A DNA stretch of 64,000 bases from Epithemia pelagica (Eukaryota; Protista; Bacillariophyta), in contig OX337242.1 in NCBI GenBank assembly GCA_946965045.2, positions 1,736,001 through 1,800,000 on the forward strand. The letters run 5' to 3'. Shown piece by piece: positions 33,678-45,016 of the stretch (its first letter is position 1; every line of letters begins with the position of its first letter). The position numbers were made by a program, and so were the translations under genes. The notes under the pieces are model-generated. The model did not search any database, was not told the origin of the DNA, and saw nothing but the letters and a program-made list of their open reading frames with translations.

Positions 33678-34040
33678 GTTGGATACGAGCGACCAGGTGC
33701 GAGTGGAGGGGGTCTAGACTACACCAGGCCGGCGCGTTAGCGAACGGAAAGTAGAATACTTCCCGAAACCTAGGATGATAGATGAAAACTAAACTAGCCT
33801 TCACACTCTTTGCTGTTTCGGTTTTCTGATACACACCTACTAAGCCGTGTCTTTACCATCTGGTTCCGATTCCACCAAGGTTGCATCCGGAAGCTTTTTG
33901 AAATTTCGCCGCCAAGACGACGAGAATCGAAAAGCCGAAAGATCGAAAGATCTGGTGATCCTCCTCTTCCCTTCCCCCGCGGTAGCCTACAAGTCCAAGC
34001 CCAACAGCGAGTCCTTGTCCCTATTGCCCAATAGTTGAAG

Positions 34041-36270
34041 ATGAAGCTCTCCACCTTGTCCATCGCACCTCCTGTTGAAGACGTAGCCGAAGCGGGTACG
34101 ACCGGATCCGGCCAAGAGACGAATAACAACGACCTTAATCGCAGGGAGGAAAAACTGCGATTGCTGGTACAAAGCTTGGCCGAAGAAGTCTCGGAAAGGT
34201 TCGTGCCTGCCCCAACTGCAGACGAACGCACTGTTGATGCTATCAACGGCATCGGTGATTTCAAGACCCGTTGCCGATGGGCCGAGTTCTGGAGAAACGA
34301 TCACAAGGATCGAGTGGAAACGGAGCAAGCCGTCTGGGCGAGCTACTACCACAACAATCCAACACTTCTCTCAGACGCCCAATGGGACCGCTCCCTCATG
34401 GACCCAGAGTGGCAGTGGCCCGACCCCTTCTCGAAGAAGAACTACGAAGAAGAACTTGAAGAAGAAGAAAAGAACTTATTCACATCTGGTTTTATGAGCG
34501 GCGTGAAACCTGAACACAAAAAGAAGAGCGCCCCCATCGGTTCAAACGAACTCGAATGCTTCCTAAAGCAAGTTGAAGAGGCTATCATAGCTGAATCCTT
34601 AGCCAACAAGAAGAATCGAAACGAGAACAAACTCTCACTCGAGTTCAAGGACTTGCTAACCCAACTGAAAGAGCACGACATGGTCGTAATTCCAACGGAC
34701 AAAACCAACTCCTTTACAATTATGTCTACACGTCAATACGCAAAAGAGATCAAGATCCACCTCTCCAAAAGCGCCGTCAAAATCCCAAAATCCAAACTCA
34801 GCGAAATCGTTGAAAACTGCTACGCATTCCTGACCGAACTCGACCCCTACCTCTCCACCAACGAACGGAACTTCCTTAAGGAGAAAATCGAGTCGAAAGC
34901 AGTTCCCAATCCGAAAATCCTCGTTAAGAACCACAAAAAACAAAACGCCGATGGCACATTCCCAACCCGCCTAGTTGTCCCAGCAACGAATTTCACGGCC
35001 GGCTTCCCCAAAATTGGTTACCTTGGAATCAAACACCTCCTCGACAAACACGAAGTCGAGTATGGTTCCAAAAACATAATCCAATCATCCGATCTGAAAC
35101 AGAAACTGGAATCCCTCTCCTTCAACATGTCCAACTCCACAATTGTGTCGGTAGACGCCGAAGCTATGTACCCGTCCATAAAATTCCAACTAATTTATGA
35201 CGCGGTTCAATACTACGCTGAGGCTCTACCACCCGAGACACACAGGACAATCAACCTTTGTTTGGATCTAATCTTCTTTGGCATGACCAACACGATTATT
35301 GCATTCAAAGATGAATACTTCCTATACGACGGTGATCTAAAACCGGAGGAAAGGGGGCTCACGATTGGAGGGTACGAGTCAGCCTGGCTAGCCGACCTCG
35401 TTATTTCGTTCCTACTCGAAGCAACCTATGACGCCATGTTCGACCCGATGCACTACTTCGGGATCTACCGAGATGACGGTCTAGCCGTATTCAAAGGGAA
35501 ACAATCGACTGAAGGAGTTCAAAAGTGGATCGAAGCTTTTCAACAAGACATCAACGACATCGCTGGCAATGATTTCTTGAAATTCACCGCCACCATTTGG
35601 GATCCATTGAACGAACACAACCTGGACTCCATCACCAACAAATCAGTGTCAATTGAGAAAACACCAGCCTTTCCCTTCTTGGATATGGAAATGTTTTGGC
35701 ACAACAACGGAAAATTGGCCTACAAAGTCCATCTGAAACCGAACCAACAACTCAAATACCTCAACAGAGGTAGCGCTCACACCCCGGGATGCTTCAAAGC
35801 AATCCCAAACGGGGTGATGAAACGCCTGACGAAACTAACCTCGGTGGACGAAAGCAACCACGACTCCAGACTGGACGAACTCTACCCCGTCCATTTTGCA
35901 GCCCTGGAACACTCCAAGCTTGTCAAACCAAACTCAACCCCCACCCTAGGCGAACTAGCCAAGAAAATGGAATCGGAAAAACTGGACACGGCCTCACAAG
36001 CTCTCAAAAAACGACGCGAGAGAGACCGCAAACGAGCGATTTATTTTAAGATTGGGTATTCTGATTTTTGGAAGAAACCAATCCACAAGACGCTCAAGGA
36101 AATTAAAAGCCGGTTCCCGTCGTTGTCCTGGTTGAGGATCTCGATGTCCTATCACCGCTTCACCAACATCCGGGAGCACTTCCAGGGGGATCTCAACTCC
36201 AAGTTGAATGACGGCCTACGATCCTTGGACTTTGAGGATCTTGACTGTAACTGTCGGAACCGTGAAGATA
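34041..36270 (+). mobile_element. Penelope-like element (PLE) reverse transcriptase ORF, 3'-truncated before the GIY-YIG endonuclease
   Basis: PLE-RT motifs IPTDKTNSF, FPTRLVVP, SVDAEAMYPSI, GLTIGGYESAWLADL, YRDDGL, FPFLDMEM and KPNQQLKYLNRGSAH. The ORF runs into the copia-2 LTR just after CNCR. Confidence 0.9.
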
Positions 36271-36518
36271 TCGCTGCCTCTAAGTATCCTCTGATTCACT
36301 TAGGGCCATGGACCGTTATTACAATGGTCATGGGATCCCGTCCATAAGAAAGACAATCGTTACATAGGCATCGTCGCCTGGATCCATCGTTCGTCGTTTT
36401 GCATTTTGTGAAAGGCGGTTCGATGATGCGTTGGGCCTAATGGAGTCATGAGGTTTGCGTCTGCGGTCCCCCAAGGTCCCCATCGGTTACATATGCCCGC
36501 ATGTACAATATTCGAACA
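36267..36518 (-). repeat. 3' LTR (partial) of copia element 2
   Basis: Matches 42150-42401 at 250/252 positions. Confidence 0.93.
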
Positions 36519-36544
36519 CTCCCTCACGCAGCGTGAAAGTCTGA

Positions 36545-39500
36545 CTACCAGCTCATAATACGCGTGCGATTCCGCTTGAAGGTCTCTTTATCCAGTGCTT
36601 TGGTTAAAATATCCGCGGTCTGCAACTCCGTATCGCAAGGGAGGATCGTAATCTCTTTCTTCTCTACGTAGGACTTGAAATGAAATAGCTTGGTACAGAG
36701 GTATCGGGTGCGTGGTCGATACTTATAGACCGTAACCAATTCGTAAGCTCCGTTATTGTCTTCAAAAGCTCGACAATGTACTCTGGGTTGTGTCGACAGC
36801 ACAGGGAAGCCGAGCGATTTCATCTCCTTCGTAATGTTCATAAGTGGGATGACTGTACGCAATGAAGTAGAGAGACTGATAATTTCCGCTTCCGTTGTGG
36901 ACAGTGCAATCTCGGACTGTAACTTTGATGCCCACACTATGGGACAGCCTCCATAAAAGATGACATATCCGGAACGGGATCGGGCCATGTCTGATCGTGG
37001 TGTATCTGTCTTGTTGAAGTCGCCACAAAAATCGGCATCGGCATAAACGTCAAAATTTTCTTTGTCCGGTGGTTTGAGCACTAGTCCTCGTGATCGTGTA
37101 CCAGCGAGGTAGCGCCCAATCTGCTTTAATGCTCGTCCGTGTACCTGCTTTGGATTCGCGGAAAAGCGTGCACATTGATGTACTGCGTAGGATATATCAG
37201 GTCGTGTACTTTTCTCGAGGAAATTCAGTTTCCCGATGACCGAGCGATAGTTGAAGTGTCCATCAAAGGGGTCCCCATCATCATCGGCGCGCATCTTCAC
37301 TGTGGTTGCTGCCGGCACGTCGCGAGTATTCGTGTCCGCTGGTAACCGCAGGTCATCAAGGATAGCGTCGATCAGGCAAGTCTGGGAGAGGTGAAGATGT
37401 CCGGTCTCTTGTTTTGTAATGTTGACCCCAAGAAAATCTTCTACCCTGTCTTCATACGTAATCTTAAGCCCAATGTCCTGCATCTGAGTGATGATGTCGT
37501 CGAGTTCTTGTGGATCAGGCCCTGTCAAGATGGAGTCGTCTGTGTACAAGATATAGAGGCTGCGTCCTTTGTAGAAGACACATTCATCATGATCACTCTG
37601 TTTGAATCCCACTTGCTCCAATTGCTGTACCAGGTGTTTATTCCAGAGATCAGGCCCTGTCAAGATGGAGTCGTCTGTGTACAAGATATAGAGGCTGCGT
37701 CCTTTGTAGAAGACACATTCATCATGATCACTCTGTTTGAATCCCACTTGCTCCAATTGCTGTACCAGGTGTTTATTCCAGACACGCGCAGCCTGTTTCT
37801 GGCCGTAGTAATTCCGCTTAATCTTGAGAACAAAATCTTTGGCTCGTTGTTCTCCGGTCGTGTCGAATGTAAACCCTCTAGGTGCCTCCACGTACATATT
37901 AGTTTCTGCCACGGCTTGAGTATAGGCGAGGACATAGTCTATCTGCTTCATTGCCCATCCTTGCGAAATAGCCGTTGTTAAGACATAGCGGACCACAGGC
38001 CATTGGACCACGGGAGCATAAGTCTCCCAATAGTTCACTCCTTTGGTCTGTCTTGATCCATCAAATGCCAAGCGTGACTTCCATTTATAGATTTCACCCG
38101 TCTGCAGTTTCCGCTTCCGGACACAACTCCATACTGCTCTAGTCACATAGCTACCCGGTGGTATATCTTGTCGTCGGACCACTTCCCAGAGACCGTTTGC
38201 GGTGTGATCCTGGACCTCCTTTTGGGCAGCCTTGATAAATTCCAATCGATCTGGTTGTCGCATGGCTTCGTGCCAATACATGACATCTGGATTTGCTTGG
38301 GCCTGTGCGGTCATGGAGATCAACCCAGGTAACGTCACTGCCAGCTCACCTAGAGGATCTAGGTCGTCGCCCAAAGAATCCATATAGTCTTGATATCGCA
38401 TAGTTGGTTTGGGTTGTCGTTGTGACCTGCGGATTCCAAAGGCTCCCTCATTTGTCGGCTGGATTAGCTCTTCATTGTCGACTGGTAACGGAACTATAGG
38501 TGGCTCCTCTAGGGTAGAATTGTGATCTACCTCCCTCATTTGTGAGGGTAGTGAGGGTAGTTGAGAGTCACGTGCGTCGGTAGTGTGGTGATCTGGTTGG
38601 GACTGATCCATGGTTTTACCCTTTCGGAACCCGGCCTTCTGCTGCCAATAGGAGACAGGTTGTGCTTCCCCGAAACTACGTCGCATAGTCTCAAAACGGT
38701 CATCGTACTGAACGTGAAATTGTGGGGAAGATAAACCGGAGGACAATGAGAGCATAAGCCCCACGGTTCTTGAGTGTTGGGCAGAGTATCCCAAGAAGAT
38801 ACCAACCCGAGAGCGTTCCGACCATTTGGGAATCCCTTTTCCTGATTGTAGGGCATTGTCTAGGACATAACTTGGACATCCAAATGTGTGCGCATGTCGC
38901 AGGTTGAATCGTGCTGGGGAACCAGAGAAGAGTTCCAAAGGCGTCGTATTCTTATGTTTCGCCATAGGTGCAGAGTTGAAGATATCCGATGCATAGCGTA
39001 CTGCATAGGGCCAGAGGTTCGGAGTAATAGCAGAGGGCCATCGACGATGTGCATGGAGTAGCATCGTCCGTGCTGAATCTTGTAGGTCCCTTATGCGCCT
39101 CTCAGCCATACCGCTCTGAAAATGCGCGTTGACTCCGCTGAACGTCAAGCGTGTCCTTTGTCTCTTACTGCTTTGCGGAATTGGTTGTCAGCAAAAATGC
39201 CGTTGTCTGCATGATAGTGCATGATTGCGACCCCGTGCGTATCCGCCCATGCTTCAAATCGCTCCTTTGCTTCGATGGTATCCGCAGCCGACGTTGATCG
39301 TTGTAGGTGGACGTACCCTATACCAGAGTAGTGGTCCACGAAAACAGTCGCTACCCGATATCTATCGCGTGTTGGAATACCTCGTAAGTGGGCAATATAT
39401 CCTGGTGTTGTCGATATGAGTTGGTCGACCGATACACATTGACCTGGACGAGTCATAACGTCCAGTGTACCCCTTGTACCTTTCACTCGCCATGGTTTCT

Positions 39501-40686
39501 TCGTCGCTTTCCCGTACATACAGGCTGTACATGCTGGAACAGCGCATGAACCGAGTCGCTTGGGCAATTCACCTCGTCGTGCCATTTCTTGAATCTTAGC
39601 AAATGACAGATGGCCGAGACGATGATGAACGCGTAGGAGTTCGACCGTCGGGTTTTCGATTCCCACTTCTTCTTCATTTGGGATCACATGTACCACTTTT
39701 TCATCTTCGAAGAGAAAATCCGTGGTGATGGGCTGATCCCGTTGCGGAAAATACTGTTCATTGTGCTCGTCATCCATGTCAAGTTCTACATCGTTGGATT
39801 CTTGTTCTATCTGGGCGCTTGGTGAGTTCTCGTTGATGCTTTCGTCATCCTCGATCAGATTTGCATGGCTAACGATCGGTGGATTCTCATCTTCTTCCTC
39901 CGGTGTTGCATGTACTTTGCAGCAGAAAGCATGGAACTTGAGCATACCAGTTGCAGTGTACAGCTGTCCCACATTCGTTCCTCTTCGATTGAGCGGGATG
40001 CTTCTCGTGTATTCGCGTTGGTTCCATTCGAGAATTATGTTGTCAGCTGTGGTGATGCAGCGAGTGCCGTCTGGATTTGGCTTGTGGTCTTTGGCTACTT
40101 GTGCCCAGTGTTGGGGGGAGAAAAGTCTGTTGGAGGTCGATGGTATGTAGAATGATCGAGGCAGGACGAGTGTATGGATGGCACCGTTGTCGTCTTCGAA
40201 GTGCCACTTGATCGTCGTGGAGTAGATTTCCGTTTTGAACAATCCTGCAATGCCCTTGATCTTTCTTCTTACGGGCTGGATTGCTGTTATGCAGTCGGTG
40301 ATATCGTTTGTGATGGACGATGTTGCACAGTTGTCAACAAACACGGGCTGGCTATCGGAGTCGAACTTGACTTGATGTGCTGCGGCTGGTTTACCTGTTA
40401 TCGGAGCTGCGAGTATTGTTGCCATGCATAACATTCGCATTGTTTGTCTATTCCATCTTGGTTTCCTTGTTTGTCGTCGTATACTGTTGCTATTGCATGT
40501 TGGTGTTAGAAACCATAGCTTAGGCCACAGACTCGTCTTGTCATCTTGGGAAGGGTTAGCCGACCTAGCATCATCATCACTATATACTAGGACAGACATG
40601 TAGAGGATTGTTGTCACTAGTAATATATAGATGAGCTGCTCGACCGTCTTGTAGAACAGCCCGAGGAATGACCTCGGGTCTCGTTG
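36545..40686 (-). CDS. pol: Pol of copia element 2, in frame with gag beyond a TGA; 1-nt frameshift at ~39152; 135-bp internal duplication in RT
   Basis: PR VFVDNCATSSI; IN zinc-binding HHRLGHLSF...CTAC, VSVDQL, HADNGIF and GMAERRIR; RT IDYVLAYTQA, YYGQKQAA and YTDD (twice); RH YADADF, EAEIISL, EDNNGA and QTADILTK. Confidence 0.92.
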
Positions 40687-41706
40687 TCACTCCTCGTCAG
40701 AAGATTCTTCTTGAGCCGGTAGATCAGCTAGAGCACTCGCGAGGCGAAGGGCAGGAGTCGTACCATCATTGTTCTTCTCGGCATGAGCTACATCATAGGC
40801 CTTCTTTTTCTCTCCGGTTAGGCCCCGTCCGTTGCACGTGTCGGAAGTGTGTTTCTTGTTGAGTGACCATTTTTCATGCCACTTACACCAATAATACATT
40901 TTTCCGTTGACCTCTTTTACTTCTGGGCCTCCCTCATGTGGCCCAATGGTGAGCCACGATTCTTTTGCTGATTCTTTGGTCTTTTGCTCGCCCTGTTTGG
41001 ATCCCTTGGTCGTGGACAGCGGGGCTGTTTTTCCTTTCTCCATCTTCTTGACTTTGGCCTCAAGGGCAATAATCTTCTGGTCACGTTCGGACAGAGCCTG
41101 CCATTTCTTCGCTTCTACCAGGCCTTGGTACTTGAGACGGGCCCAATCCATGAGTTGCGTCGCCGAGAGATTCGGAGAATCTCCTTCTTTGTATGCGTTC
41201 TTTCGACGACGGATCATCTCCAAGAAGTTCTCATCACTCACAGTCTCATAGGCTTTGAAAAGGTTCGGGAGTAAGTCCAGCGTTCGTTCACCGCGGGCAT
41301 GCAAACCTTGAAGAGTAGCCTTCACATATGAGTTGAACTTGATGATGTCACCGTTGAAGTCTGCAATATGAATATGCAGATCGGACAAGCACTGGCGAAG
41401 TACCATCACGGTCGCCTCGGTATCCACATACGCGAGGGAAATGATCACTTTGAGAAGGAGTGGACTACTGCCAACGTCGTCGATATTAAAGTCTTCGCGT
41501 CGTAGATTTACTTGCGCCTTCGCATCTTCGTTGAGCGACGCCATCAAACACATGTAGGACATAAAGGAATTCTGAGAAATCCTGTTCTGCCCGATGAAAC
41601 TATCGACGTAGGTGCGAACCTGGGCAAGCGAGACACGACCGTAGGCTTGAGTCAACAGATGCGTAGGTGCTGGTGGCGGTGCTAGTCCAGCCACCGGAGG
41701 AACCAC
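40687..41706 (-). CDS. gag: Gag of copia element 2
   Basis: 339-aa ORF with LLTQAYGRVSL, GSSPLLLKVII, LFKAY and the C-terminal zinc-knuckle-like YWCKWHEKWSLNKKHTSDTC. The start may lie slightly upstream. Confidence 0.88.
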   Translation of the reverse strand: MVPPVAGLAPPPAPTHLLTQAYGRVSLAQVRTYVDSFIGQNRISQNSFMSYMCLMASLNEDAKAQVNLRREDFNIDDVGSSPLLLKVIISLAYVDTEATVMVLRQCLSDLHIHIADFNGDIIKFNSYVKATLQGLHARGERTLDLLPNLFKAYETVSDENFLEMIRRRKNAYKEGDSPNLSATQLMDWARLKYQGLVEAKKWQALSERDQKIIALEAKVKKMEKGKTAPLSTTKGSKQGEQKTKESAKESWLTIGPHEGGPEVKEVNGKMYYWCKWHEKWSLNKKHTSDTCNGRGLTGEKKKAYDVAHAEKNNDGTTPALRLASALADLPAQEESSDEE

Positions 41707-42119
41707 AATGTGTTCGGGAATGGAAAAGGTGCTGGTCCAAGACTGTTCGACGATCCGATCTTGGAATGAGTCGAGAAAAGTCTTCAGCCCTTCCGCGTGG
41801 AGATCGTAGAGATCACCACCGTCAAAGAGTCCAGTCGTTGCCTGCTTGTAGAGCTTTGCTCCAGAGGTTTGCTAAGTTCACGACGTTGTTCGCGTTTGCG
41901 TTAGCGGGAGAGATTGCGAAAGCCATGGCAGACGATGGACGTGTGCTGTCTAAAGCGCAGAGGAAGCGTGTTGTTTTCCTTACTAGCGAGTAAAGAAAAG
42001 GACTCTTGTTGCAAAATTGTGTGTCTACGGTGTTAGGTTCTACGTCTCCGTCCCCAACTGTCGTCGATGCGTTGAATCGTTGATGGAGACGTTGTGTCAC
42101 CAATTTGGGCGACAAGATT

Positions 42120-42401
42120 TGTTATGGACGGGCCTGCCGCCGTTCGTGGGATATTGCTGCCTCTAAGTATCCTCTGATTCACTTAGGGCCATGGACCGTT
42201 ATTACAATGGTCATGGGATCCCGTCCATAAGAAAGACAATCGTTACATAGGCATCGTCGCCTGGATCCATCGTTCGTCATTTTGCATTTTGTGAAAGGCG
42301 GTTCGATGATGCGTTGGGCCTAATGGAGTCATGAGGTTTGCGTCTGCGGTCCCCCAAGGTCCCCATCGGTTACATATGCCCGCATGTACAATATTCGAAC
42401 A
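42120..42401 (-). repeat. 5' LTR of copia element 2 (TGTT...AACA; 3' boundary may instead be 42106)
   Basis: Shares 252 bp with the left copy. A TGTT/AACA terminal inverted repeat is obtained if the LTR ends at 42120. Confidence 0.8.
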
Positions 42402-43113
42402 CGAGATGGGTCACGACTCACACGACGAGAGAAGAAGCAACTTTGCTCCATCACAGCTCTCTGGAACACCACCGATATCTGCAACCAAGGTTCATTTTTC
42501 GGGTCAGCCCCAATCCCGATCAGGGTTGTGAAGTACGCACACTAGCACCAACTACTTGCAGTCTATACTTTAAGTATGGTTCAACCTGTACAATGTACTT
42601 GCTTACTACTACTTTAAGTACATCTAATCAGTGGCTGTACTTCATTTCATATACTTATTCAGTTTTACGTCACTCCAGATTAATGTATGTACTTTACTTT
42701 TGATTAGTACATGTTTCATTAGAGCTCTACTTACTTGACTTAGCCTAAGTACATCTACCAGACACATGTCAGGTACTTACATTACCGTAAGTACATTTGC
42801 ACGATACCATTCACCTTCCTTACTTTCTCTACAAGTCAAGTACCCTTATACATCACGTCTATGTACTTAGAGACAATCATAAGTACATACTTTTAAGTAC
42901 CCAAGTACATACTTTAAGTCGTTACTTTCCACTTACCAGTAGGTATCATATCATAATCCCCATCACTCTAAGAGCACACATTTAGCTAGTAGACCAGTAA
43001 CACCAATCCAACCTAACGCTCACTCACACCATACAGCATACAGCCGGTCATCACAAAGCAGCACTCACTATTCATCATTCTCCCTTTTTGTTGTTGAAGA
43101 AGAAATCAACACC

Positions 43114-44750
43114 ATGTCGATCATCCAACACGAAGGTGACAGTGACAACTCCATTCTTCACTTTACCTCGACCTGTGGCATACAGTCCTCCCTGATCTGC
43201 TGTCAGTCCTACGCTTATTTCATCGCAGACTGTCTGACATCGTGCATATTATCACCACCCAAAGAGCAATTACAATCCATTCTTACCGCCACAGCTTCCT
43301 GGTTGATCCGCCAACAGCGATGGATTGATGTTTCTTCTTCAATCCAATATGAAAATAATCATCCGTGTATCATTTTTCAATACACCTTCGAAGAAGTCCT
43401 TCATCAAGTCGGTTCTCATATGCTTCAGTGGCTGAATGGAGAAGACGATGAAAACCTTGTATCCATTTCAGAAAGCATGGACCCGCTAACATCATACTTG
43501 AATTGAAATGCATACCTCAGTTTGCCGTTTGTGAATGCAAAGGTTGTTTGGAATGCACATCGTTCGTTGTTGGAGAGACAAATGATTTTCCCGAAGGCTC
43601 CATTACCGACCTGATTCTCTTTTGGATCCAACGCAACCAAGCTCATTTTCTTGTAACGGACAACAATTCTGGTAAATCAATGGAGCCTAAGTCACGGGAG
43701 AGTATATTTCCACTTCTATCCCAATATATTGGACGGCAAATCGATACCACAAGGGTATCTCAAGACGCAAGAACCTCCACGGCTTCCAACAACAAGTTCA
43801 GTCGCCACTCCAGTCCGTCTCGACATAAATATCAAACTCGACAACAAAATCATCTTCTATCTCAGGACATTTTACTGAGTTCCAAATCACGGACAAAGCC
43901 ACACTACGATGACGGTCGTCGTTTCAAACACGGAGACCCATTCAAAATATCCCCATGCAGAATTTCCTGTCCCAATCTACCTCTACGTCCTAGTGATTCA
44001 ATCATTGCTGAAAGAGTGACTCTCATTGAAGATCTGAAACAATTCCACGAGATAGCAAAGATGTCTGGGCTACATTCTCCAAGGGACGCTTGGGAGGACT
44101 GGATGGATTGTGGGGCAACAGACAAGCTTGCCGACAAAGCTTTTATGTGTCTCATTATAATTCTTATGAGCTCCAGCACCACCGACAGTCAATTGGCGGC
44201 ATTCATTCCACAAATGTTTTCCAGTGGACTTACATCAGCGGACGGTGTAATAGAGGTATCACAGCGGATTGGAATGGATGCCTTTTGTGCCCTCATCTCT
44301 CCAGTTGGTCGATTCCACCAAAATGCAGAAAGAATTGTACATGCGGCATCTTATTTTGTTGTCAAACACAAAGGCCGCATTCCATCTGATATATCCATCC
44401 GAGAACTCACCTCTTTATTCGGAATTGGATACAAGACAGCACAGATCATTGTCTCAAGTGCATTCGGTCGAATGGACGGAATTCCTTCGGATGTCCACGT
44501 CATTCGCTGGTGTGAGGCACTCAAATGGGTGCCACCACTTGCAAATGACGGTCTCCTTTGTTCCAAGTGCATTGAACAATGGCTGCCTAAATCCAAATGG
44601 CATCTTATCAATCCACTTTTTGGGGCGTTTGGTCAGCTCATTCAAAATCCTGATACACGGCCACCTCTCTTGAGCCTATTGGAGGAGAAGGCTTCGGATC
44701 TGTTGAAATCTGTCTTTCTCAAAATGCTGAAGGCATATGGCAAAAACTAA
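43114..44750 (+). CDS. HhH-GPD DNA glycosylase/AP lyase, endonuclease III (Nth)-like, lacking the C-terminal 4Fe-4S motif; transposon cargo; 1-nt frameshift at ~43503
   Basis: LIIILMSSSTTDSQL (cf. Nth LIAVLLSAQATD), GRFHQNAERI, HhH motif LTSLFGIGYKTAQII with catalytic Lys (44433), IPSDVHVIRW with catalytic Asp (44490), and LPKSKWHLINPLFGAFGQ. The upstream ORF 43114-43506 begins at caccATG and joins in frame if one T is added at aat-tga. Confidence 0.87.
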
Positions 44751-45016
44751 TTCTTCTAATATATAGATTTTTACGGTACTTCGTACACTACCCTTCACAA
44801 TTTCATTCACTCGCTGAATCTTTGGCCTCATCTTCTTCCCTATTGTCGTTATCGCCCGTGTCATCCCTCTCGCCTTCGTTACTATACTCTGCGTCTGAAT
44901 CATTTTCCTCACTGTGGCTATCACCGACGACTTTATTCAACATATGCTCCAAGTTACTTGCCACATTTTCCTCTGTGTCAGAGCCGGCCTCTGAATCTTG
45001 AACCCGTACCGCCGAC

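Larger units (their letters stand above)
36267..42401 (-). mobile_element. Ty1/copia LTR retrotransposon (CoDi-like) element 2; 3' LTR truncated, no TSD found
   Basis: A 252-bp repeat at 36267-36518 and 42150-42401 has 2 mismatches. The LTR starts TGTTCGAA on the minus strand, with PPT GAGGGAG at 36519-36525. gag 40687-41706 and pol 36545-40686. Confidence 0.95.

Noticed and set aside
33680-34040. Hammerhead ribozyme or pseudo-LTR expected upstream of the Penelope ORF
   Set aside because: No CTGANGA...GAAA core found by eye on either strand, and no duplicated 3' segment is available for comparison; a covariance-model search would be needed.
42402-42520. Continuation of the Penelope GIY-YIG domain after copia 2
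   Set aside because: None of the plus-strand frames I read shows GIY-YIG-like motifs, and no TSD links the two flanks.
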